The translations under genes were made by a program, and so were the position numbers. 16,856 nucleotides of DNA, taken from positions 1 to 16,856 of the forward strand of contig NW_021825080.1 of assembly GCF_006345805.1 (NCBI RefSeq), written 5' to 3'. Source of the DNA: Octopus sinensis. Its lineage: Eukaryota. This document shows, piece by piece, positions 8,973 to 16,856 of this stretch. Position 1 is the first letter of the stretch. Each line of letters begins with the position of its first letter. The notes beneath the pieces were generated by a model. That model was not told the DNA's origin. It searched no databases and was given only the letters and a program-made list of their open reading frames with translations.

Positions 8973-9755
8973 CCTATGTCGCACACTTCGTCCCATACAC
9001 ATATCTACTTGAAAATGTACTGGAGTGGGAGGCACATCGCCAAAAGGTTTGGTTTCGGCAGATAGTTCCACACCCCACTCTCATACTCAACATAGTTCAT
9101 AGTAAACATATTTCCGGGTAGACAAGTAGATGGAATTCAAGCCACATTATAGAAATAACAGAAAAAGTAATTGGTATTGTAGGTTTTATATGGTATTTTT
9201 TACCAGCAATACCGAAGAAGTAAGTAGGTTGCATTACGCAATAAAGCCAACCAGCTTATGTGATTACAACAATTGACTTCATGGAAACGTGTGTGTCATA
9301 TAAAGCCAAAAATCTCAATTAAGTTTTCTGTGTTTATAATTACTTCATATTTAGAAAGTGAGGCAAATACTAATAACAAACAGGAATAAAAGTTCAAGGG
9401 ACATTCACTGTTAATATTTCTTGGTTGATGCTCAAGGGTGGGATAAAAATAATAGAGCAAAAATTATAACATTTCAGACGTAGTCCTTGCATATTAGAGC
9501 AAAATCGAGGAGAGATTGGGAAGAGAAGGAAAAGGGGGAAAAAGAGAGGCAAGAAAAAAATACGTGGGTTAGGTTCACATGTTTTACATATATATATATA
9601 TATATATATAATATATATATATATTTGCAAATCTGAAGAATCTACTAGAGTAGATGCAAGCGCTAATATATGATTTATAAAAAACGTGACATATTAATAA
9701 AAATCTGTAAATGTAAAACCATCTAGATCTCTGAGTACCTTATTACCTCCAAACC

Positions 9756-9809
<54 letters not shown>

Positions 9810-9903
9810 ATATATATATGAATAATGTGGGAAAATGAATTTCCAAATCAATCAGGTACAACCCTTTAGCATTACATACATCTGCGTATCGTGCAGTGGG
9901 GTC

Positions 9904-9947
<44 letters not shown>

Positions 9948-9995
9948 ATATTATATATATATAAATTATACAAAATATGTAAATAGAAGTTAATG

Positions 9996-10253
9996 ATAAT
10001 TCAGTTTTTGGGATTAATAGATATGTGGGTATTCTATTTAAGATTATGCAAAAAATAACACGACGAGTATATCTGAAGGTAAACTCGTGGTGTTTATAAG
10101 GACATCAAGAAATAATACTTTAAGAATATCCTGAAAGAATTATTTTTTGATGTGCATATAGACACCACGAGTTTACCTTCTGATATACTCGTTGCGTTAT
10201 TTTTTGCATAATCTGAATTAGAATACTCACATAACTATTAATCTCCCAAATTG

Positions 10254-10259
<6 letters not shown>
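9996..10259. mobile_element. 264-bp near-perfect palindrome (foldback MITE), next to (TA)n
   Basis: The arms are about 120 bp each and reverse-complementary, with roughly 11-13 substitutions and small indels by eye. The central spacer is itself nearly palindromic. Confidence 0.85.
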
Positions 10260-10293
<34 letters not shown>

Positions 10294-10652
10294 GTTTCCG
10301 GAATTTAGCGCGTCAGAACTCAGACATTTGAAATTAACCCCAATGTAATCGGTGGAACTAAGCACGTGTCTGGTTTTATACAGAAAACTAGTGGTTAGTT
10401 TTACAAATTATATTGTTTTTGGAACGATCGTACTGATGAATCTACGGACGAAGGACTACGTAAGTAATTTATTCGGTGATAGACGAAACCGGTATACGAT
10501 TAATTCTTGTTTTTTATATAATTTTCATGTCTTGCCCGCTTATGTTCTGGTATTTGCTGAATTTTCTCTGGAGAACATTCTTTCTTTGTAGTTAGATCTA
10601 TGTGATCTACTTCTAGCATATGGCTGTCCACATAGTGGTTTTTTAGCCTTAA

Positions 10653-10690
<38 letters not shown>

Positions 10691-10691
10691 A

Positions 10692-10723
<32 letters not shown>

Positions 10724-11299
10724 TGTGTAGAAACGCCCGTCATTGACTGGGTTGAAAAAAGCTGTCAAAATTGTACTATGAATACTGAAAGTTATCCACT
10801 TAGCTTGTATTGAACATACATAAGAAATGGCTGTTAATTTATTTATTGAACTTAAGTAGTACAAGAAACAAAAATACAAATAGCTTTTCTTAGACGAAAA
10901 GCCTGGTGGCTCGAAGATATAAATATAAAACGAATACAAAAATATAATAATGCTATTAAAGTGCACACACAAATTTAATAGGGATATATATAGTAACAAT
11001 CTATTTCTGTGAGCAGCATACTTCTTATACAGAATAACGAAGGAGACAACTGAAGATCAAACATCATAGAATGCGAAAAAATAGACCATGAATAATTTTC
11101 CGTTTTTAGTTTTTGCCGAACTTTCATTTGGTTTTGTTGTGTCTGGGGGTGGGGTCATTCTGTTTTGATGCCTTATCAACACTCGCCAGTTCGATTTCCA
11201 CTTATTTATCTATTTACTTATTCATTTTTCTTCTAAAATGTTCGTTGCTTCTTGCGACATCTTCAATAGTTGTTGACTATGTCCTTTATCAGAGCTGTG

Positions 11300-11724
11300 T
11301 TTCTTTTTGCTTGTTTATTTGTGCACATGTGTGTGCATCAGCGTACATACATCTGTATGTATATATGTATGTATACGTGTGTGTGTGTGCATATATGCAT
11401 GTATGCTCGTATGTACGTATGCTATGCATTCTGCATAGTCATGTCTTTGTGTGTGCCCGTTTGTGTTTGTATGTGTTATCTCCCTTAGACCGAGCATTCT
11501 TTTTGTGTGGGGACTGTGTTATGTGCAACAGTTTGGAAAAGGGCTCGTAGGTCCCTCAGTGGGAAACCTAAAGACTCGGGACCATCTCCATTGCCTTCCT
11601 CGAAATATTTTACACAAAAATTAACCTTTAGTTCTTATGTAGATGCCTTTCTTCTTATAAATCGACTGACAGGCACACACAGATATTCCTCTTTATTATA
11701 TAGATGTATATATATGTATGTATG

Positions 11725-11782
<58 letters not shown>

Positions 11783-12030
11783 ATATATACACTTATATAT
11801 ATATATATATATATACATATATAATATATACACACACACATATATATATATATATACATACATATATACACATATATATACACACACGAATATTATAAAC
11901 ACACACACATATGTATATATGCACATACACAGACACGTATGTATACTAACTTTATATATATATATATATATTTCATACACACTCACACACATATATGTAT
12001 ATATCTATATAGAGAGACATACACACATAC
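11300..12030. repeat. Degenerate (TG)/(TA)/(CA) dinucleotide tracts (about 11300-11480 and 11700-12030)
   Basis: Seen directly. Confidence 0.9.
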
Positions 12031-12103
12031 AGAAAGTATTGGGTCTGTTGTTATAGTAGCGGAACTAATGTACGCAGAGTGAAGCCTTTCGGAACAGACT
12101 GAC

Positions 12104-12135
12104 CTTGAACTCTGTCACGCATGTACACTAAATTA
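12104..12135 (-). other. Candidate first exon of the minus-strand gene (5' boundary is a guess)
   Basis: Donor CAAG|gtcagt on the minus strand, immediately beside the putative promoter motifs at 12141-12156. Confidence 0.33.
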
Positions 12136-12140
12136 CAACG

Positions 12141-12156
12141 TTCCCGCTCACTTCCG
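12141..12156. promoter_or_regulatory. Putative bidirectional core promoter: E2F-like TTCCCGC (12141-12147) and ETS-like CACTTCCG (12149-12156)
   Basis: Both motifs are seen directly. They lie between two outward-pointing splice donors, in a repeat-free stretch that looks CpG-richer by eye (about 12050-12420). Confidence 0.4.
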
Positions 12157-12183
12157 CTGTTTATAACAGTGCTTGGAAGTAAG
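12157..12183 (+). other. Candidate first exon of a divergent plus-strand gene (5' boundary is a guess)
   Basis: Donor AAG|gtatgt, with GT at 12184-12185. Confidence 0.33.
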
Positions 12184-12640
12184 GTATGTACAGTGTGATC
12201 GTCTCAAAAAGAAGATCGGGTTTTAGGATCTCTCTGATTGTGTCGAGGACAACGAAAAAACTTTGTAAACGGTCTATGGCGATGGCCCCGAAATCAAGGC
12301 TCAGTTTTCATCGTGGAAGATCCCCCCCAACTAAATTTCAAGGCGTTAAAGAAATCCCGGAGAACGCGACGGGGGAAGCGCCAGCAAAATCGGAATATTC
12401 ACTACATAAAGTTGAATAAAATATATTAAATCATATAGTCCGCTTGTGATAATACATCGTGACACAATGTTTTATCGGATGACCACCATCCGATTAAAAA
12501 CTCACCCCTTTACTCAAATATCAATGACATATATAAACTATTGCTTTTCCTTGCTGACCTCTCGCTGATGCATTATGGGTTTAAAATATGTTGAGCTGCA
12601 TAACCCCTTAAGGCACACTGTGTTCCTTCCCCCTGTTCAG

Positions 12641-12710
12641 TTGTAGACTAATTATGACCATTCTGTGTGTATGAATATCGTTTTGTTGATGAAGTCATAA
12701 TGGAAGTGCG
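12641..12710 (+). other. Candidate 70-nt plus-strand exon with a possible start codon at 12700 (MEVR, phase 2)
   Basis: Acceptor tgttccttccccctgttcag and donor GCG|gtgagt. The ATG context ATAATGG has A at -3 and G at +4. Confidence 0.45.
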
Positions 12711-12819
12711 GTGAGTAGCCAGGAGGTCAGAGATTGATGAGAAGTGACGAGATGGACGGTGACTTTAAACTGGAGACATTGTGATAAAAATGCGGACTTT
12801 ACTAAACGCGCACAATGAC

Positions 12820-13241
12820 CACCAGGTCGTCACCATGACCATGATCGTGATCATCATCATCATCCTCACCATTAGCATCAACATCATCATCATCATCATC
12901 ATCGTCGTCGTCGTCATCATCATCATCATCATCATCCTCACCACCATCTTCATCATCACCATCATCGTCGTCGTCGTCATCATCATCATGATCATCCTTG
13001 TCATTGTGATTATCATTGTCGCCGCCGTCGTTGTCGCCGTCGTCGTCGTCGTCGTCGTCGTCGTCATCATCATCATCATCATCCTCATCACCATCATCCT
13101 CATCATACTGATTATCATCATCATCATCCTTGACGTCGTGATTATCGTCGCCGCCGCCACCGCTATCATTATCATCATCATTACCATCATCCTCGTCGTC
13201 GTCTTTGTCATCATCATCGTCAACAACAACAACAACAACAA
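12820..13241. repeat. Compound (ATC/GTC)n triplet satellite ending in (AAC)n
   Basis: Seen directly. It is the source of the spurious poly-I/V and poly-M ORFs. Confidence 0.95.
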
Positions 13242-13375
13242 CCCCTGGACATTACTGTGTTGGCTCATCAGACTTATGGGGGGGGGTGCGGTTACCCCAG
13301 TTTTCATCGCATATAAATGGCCGAGACCACATCAATTCTCCCGAACGAAATGTCCATCGATCGCAGAGCTTACCT
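13242..13375 (-). mobile_element. SINE-like 3' portion ending in a (GTT)n tail
   Basis: 13345-13375 resembles the family A segment at 283-315. The minus-strand 3' end runs into (ttg)n at 13220-13241. Confidence 0.45.
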
Positions 13376-13461
13376 GTATAAACAGTTATTTCATCTTTCA
13401 AAGCTTCTGCTAATGTATTTAGGGGCCCCAAAACATGCTAAGCAGCATAACTCCCACAACC

Positions 13462-13555
13462 CTCAAGAATGCAACGCGTCGCCCGGTCTCGAGATTGAAA
13501 CAATGATCATGAGATTGTGAGCGCAACACGCTAACCACTAGGCCACGCGCCTTCA
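13462..13555 (-). mobile_element. SINE family A tRNA-like head
   Basis: The reverse complement reads gaaggcgcgtggcctagtggttagcgtgttgcgctcacaatc...gaccgggcgacgcgttgcattcttgag. Confidence 0.75.
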
Positions 13556-13794
13556 CCAAATGACTGGGTGGGGAAGAAGGTCCAACAGGGTGTTGGAGTA
13601 AGTCTAACAGTCGGGTTCACCACACTGGGATTTGAACTCGGAATGCAATGAGCCTGAGCAAATGGAATAAGGTGTCCTATGTGACACTTTAACCGCTCCA
13701 CCGGTTTCTTTCTCTTCTTCTCTCAGCCGATCCTGTCCTTGATTGGGGCGGGGGGACTGCGGAATTTCAAATCATGGGGCTGGCATGTATACTC

Positions 13795-14001
13795 TGTGTG
13801 TGTGTGTGTGTGTATTTGTGTGAAGAGAGAGAAACAGAGAGAAAGAAAGAGAGAGAGGAAGGGAAGGGAGGGAGGGAGAAGAGAGGAAGAGAGAGAAACA
13901 AAGAGAAAGAAAGAGAGAGAGAGAGAGGAAGGGAAGAGAGAGAGAGAAGAGAAGAAGAGAGAAAGGAAGGGAGACACTCGGACAAAGATAAAAGGTGACA
14001 C

Positions 14002-14037
<36 letters not shown>

Positions 14038-14115
14038 CGAGTAAAAGAGACAACTAAATGGAAAAAGAAGCAGATAAGGATAGATAGACAAACAGACAGA
14101 TAAATAAAGTGTTAG

Positions 14116-14158
<43 letters not shown>

Positions 14159-14783
14159 AAGAAAGAGGGAGAGAGAGAAGGTAATGTTTAACTCTGATCG
14201 AAAAGATGTTTGATCAATGGCTTTCCAGCTGTGACCATCCCGTCTTTTCCTCATAGGTAAGTGAATCCGGGACTCATCCTCTTCCTCCTCCTCCTCCTCC
14301 TCCTCCTCCTCATTATCATCATCATCATCACCATCGTAACCAATGTAATGTCTCTCTCTATCTTTCTCTCTTTTTTAAGACGGTGCCAGCGGGATTTAAA
14401 GAGCAGAGCAGAAGTTGAAAAGATGGCTGTTGTTTCTAGCTGGTCGAGCGACCGCTTTAGAGGCTTCCATACTGATCTGAGATAAGGAGAGTTTGCCTAT
14501 GTGTGTGTGAAAAGAAAATAGAATAAGAAACAAACAGACAAAAAGGGAGACACAGAGAGACAGAGACAAAAAAAGAGAGAGAGACAACAGGAGCAAAGAA
14601 AGAGGGACAAGAAAGAGAAGGAGAGACAGAGGTAGGCAAAGAGAGAGAGATAGAGAGAGATAGACAGAGACACAGAAAGAGAGATACAGAGAGACTTAGT
14701 GAGACAAGGAGAAAGAGATGGAAAGAGAAAGGCAGAGAGAGAGAGAGAGAGAGACAGGCAGGCAGGCAGAGAGATAAAAAGAG

Positions 14784-14824
<41 letters not shown>

Positions 14825-14905
14825 CAGATAGAAAAAGAGATGGAGGGAGACAAAGAAAGAGAGAAAGAAATGAGAGATAGAAAAAAGAAATATATATATA
14901 TATAC

Positions 14906-14959
<54 letters not shown>

Positions 14960-15005
14960 GACAAGGGAGAGAGAGAGAGAGAGAGAGAGATGGAAGGAAA
15001 GAGAG
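13795..15005. repeat. Polypurine (GA)n-rich tracts (about 13795-14180 and 14500-15005) and a (TCC)(ATC) tract (14275-14335)
   Basis: Seen directly. Confidence 0.9.
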
Positions 15006-15035
15006 AAACGCCCGAATGTTGTTAAAAATGTGTCT

Positions 15036-15049
15036 GTTGCTATAGCAAC
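15036..15049. promoter_or_regulatory. Perfect palindromic RFX X-box-like motif GTTGCTATAGCAAC
   Basis: A 14-bp perfect palindrome close to the RFX consensus GTTGCCATGGCAAC, in a short unique island between a GA tract and a TG tract. Confidence 0.4.
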
Positions 15050-15152
15050 GAGGATAGTTTGAAACAAAGAAATAAAAACATGGAAACTAACTTATCTGGA
15101 TTTGGTCGTCGATGATTATGGCGAATTGGTTGGCTGCTCTACCAGTTGGAGC

Positions 15153-16220
15153 TGTGTGCGTGTGTGTGTGTGTGCGTGTGTATGCGTGTGTGTGCGTGTG
15201 TGTGTGTTGTGTGTTTGTGTGTGTATGCGTGTGTGTGTGTGTGTGTGTGCGTGTGTGTGTGTGTTTGTGTTTGTATGCGTGTGTGTGTGTGTGTGTGGTT
15301 GTGCGTGTTGTGTGTGTGTGTGTGTTTGTGTGTGTATGCCAGTGTGTGGTGTGTGTGTGTGTGCGTGTGGTGTGTGTGGTGTGTGTGTGTGTATGCGTGT
15401 GTGTGTGTTGGTGTGTGCGTGTGTGCGTGTGTGTGTGTTTGTGTGTGTATGCGTGTGTGTGTGTGTGTGTGTGTGTGCGTGTGTGTGTGTGTGTGTTGTT
15501 GTGTGTGTATGCGTGTGTGTGTGTGCGTGTGTGTGTGTGTGTGTGTTTGTGTGTGTATGCGTGTGTGTGTGTGTGTGTGTGTGCGTGTGTGTGGTGTGTG
15601 TGTTTGTGTGTGTATGCGTGTGTGTGTGTGTGTGTGTGTGGTGCGTGTGTGCGTGTGTGTGTGTGTGTTTGTGTGTGTGTATGCGTGTGTGTGTGTGTGT
15701 GGTGTGTGCGTGTGTGTGTGTGTGTGTGTTTGTGTGTGTATGCGTGTGTGTGTGTGTGTGTGTGCGTGTGTGTGTGTGTGTGTGTTTGTGTGTGTTTGTA
15801 TGTGTGTGTTGTGTGGGTGTATATTTGTGTTTGTCTATATATATGTCTGTGTGTGTGTGTGTGGGGGGGGGGGTGTTTGTGAGTATGTGTGTGTATTTGA
15901 GTGTGTGCGTGTGTATGTGTGTAAATATTTGTGTATATGTGTTTATGCGTGTGCGTATGTTTGTGTGTGTATGCATGTGTGCGTATGTGTTTGTGCATGA
16001 GTGTTTGTGTGCGTATGTTTGAGTGCATGTATGTGTTTGTGTGTGAGTCCTCGTGTGTATGTATGTATGTATGCGTGTGTGTTTGTATGTGTATGTGTGT
16101 GTGTTTGTGTGAATGTGGCTGTGTTCGCATGTTGTTGTTATTCTTGCTATTGTCGTTAGTGTTATTGTCATTGTTCTTGTTGTTATTGTCGCTGTCATCA
16201 CTGTTACTGCTGCTGCTGTT
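15153..16220. repeat. About 1 kb of (TG)n-derived minisatellite with a recurring tttgtgtgtgtatgcgt unit, followed by TTG/CTG triplets
   Basis: Seen directly. It is the source of the 250-360 aa CV/HT ORFs. Confidence 0.95.
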
Positions 16221-16294
16221 AATACTTAAACTATGGTCGTGAGGGAAATGCTGCTGTTGCCATCCATTAAATTTTACGAAAAGTAGGAAGGAGC

Positions 16295-16488
16295 GGAGGT
16301 GTTGGCGCAGTAGCTAGGTTTTTGGACGCACGAACATAAGGTCATTGGGATCGATTCCCGGACCCTGTAGTAATGCAATGTGGAACGAAGTGTCTTAAGG
16401 ACACAACGCAGCGCTTGGTCCATAAATCGAAACCTCGATTTTACGATCATGAATACAATACTCTAACCACGGTGCCACATGTCTTCAC
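16295..16488. mobile_element. Two truncated SINE heads pointing towards each other (+ at 16295-16364, - at 16390-16488)
   Basis: Both carry tRNA A/B-box-like motifs. The minus copy matches the family A head. Confidence 0.6.
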
Positions 16489-16513
16489 TTAAACAGCGCA
16501 TAATGACAAGAAT

Positions 16514-16729
16514 ATTGATTTCAAATTTTGGCACAAGGCCAGCAATTTCAGGGGAGGGGTAGATCGATTACATCGATCTTATTGTTTAACTGATGCTTAT
16601 TTTGTCGACTCCGAAAGGATGAAAGGCAAAGTCGACCTCGGCAGAATTTGAACTCAGAACGTAGCGACGGGCGAAATACCGCTGAGTGTTTTGCCCGGTT
16701 TACTAACGATTTAGCCAACTAGCCACCTT
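16514..16729 (-). mobile_element. Full-length SINE family C (tRNA head plus Nin/Deu-like domain)
   Basis: The minus strand has a head with B-box gagttcaaattc, then gaggtcgactttgcctttcatcctttcggagtcgac, and a tail ggccttgtgccaaaatttgaaatcaat. Confidence 0.85.
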
Positions 16730-16736
16730 GTGAAAG

Positions 16737-16856
16737 AATCCTTTCAACCGTAGGCACAAGGCCTGAAATTTTTGCTGATTAGTCAGTTTCCTCGACCCCA
16801 GTGCGTGACTGGTACTTATTTTCATCGATATCAAAAAGGACTTCGGCGGCATTTGA
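16737..16856 (-). mobile_element. SINE family C 3' portion, cut by the window end
   Basis: ggcacaaggcctgaaatt...cgaccccagtgcgtgactggtactt is homologous to the copies at 16514 and 2650. Confidence 0.7.

Noticed and set aside
9207-11075. Scattered plus-strand splice-like sites (13-nt unit at 9207-9219, donor near 10470, acceptor near 11032)
   Set aside because: I could not build a consistent open frame, and such motifs arise by chance in AT-rich DNA.
12186-12429. ORFs of 63-77 aa in the CpG-richer region
   Set aside because: They begin at or after a probable splice donor and show no recognisable homology. They are better read as promoter-proximal intron.
13374-13409. Possible 36-nt minus-strand exon (EALKDEITVYT) with donor gtaagc
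   Set aside because: The acceptor lacks a pyrimidine tract, the donor lies in SINE-like sequence, and it is upstream of the inferred promoter.
12765-13413. Hydrophobic poly-I/V and poly-M ORFs resembling membrane proteins
   Set aside because: They are translations of the ATC/GTC satellite.
15087-16242. The longest ORFs in the window (250-360 aa, CV or HT repeats)
   Set aside because: They are translations of a (TG)n minisatellite.

Overview
Eukaryotic, microsatellite-saturated genomic DNA. The SINE sequences resemble those I know from octopod cephalopods, so the source is probably Octopus-like (inference, no search run). Almost every ORF in the six-frame track is a simple-repeat artefact. 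Real structure: (1) a spliced minus-strand gene, with well-supported exons at 1821-1889, 1093-1172 and 1-96 giving an acidic N-terminus from a strong-Kozak ATG (MEPDHKDQERCLEDQEPSERTKFKESMKQINETGVSMDDYYEGDDHGDYEDEDEAELKDGRRVS..., product not recognised) and weaker upstream exons at 6543-6581, 7594-7607 and about 12104-12135; (2) a possible divergent plus-strand gene starting near 12155, with a candidate exon at 12641-12710; (3) a 1.8-kb (TAA)n tract (4576-6400) holding three different, co-oriented, 5'-truncated 3' ends of R4/Dong-type RLE retrotransposons plus a 518-bp element with no recognisable ORF; (4) two MITEs, one GG-ended with an 8-bp TSD and one a 264-bp palindrome; (5) many tRNA-derived SINE copies and two degenerate hammerhead-like motifs. 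All gene models were read by eye from splice signals and phase compatibility, without transcript evidence.
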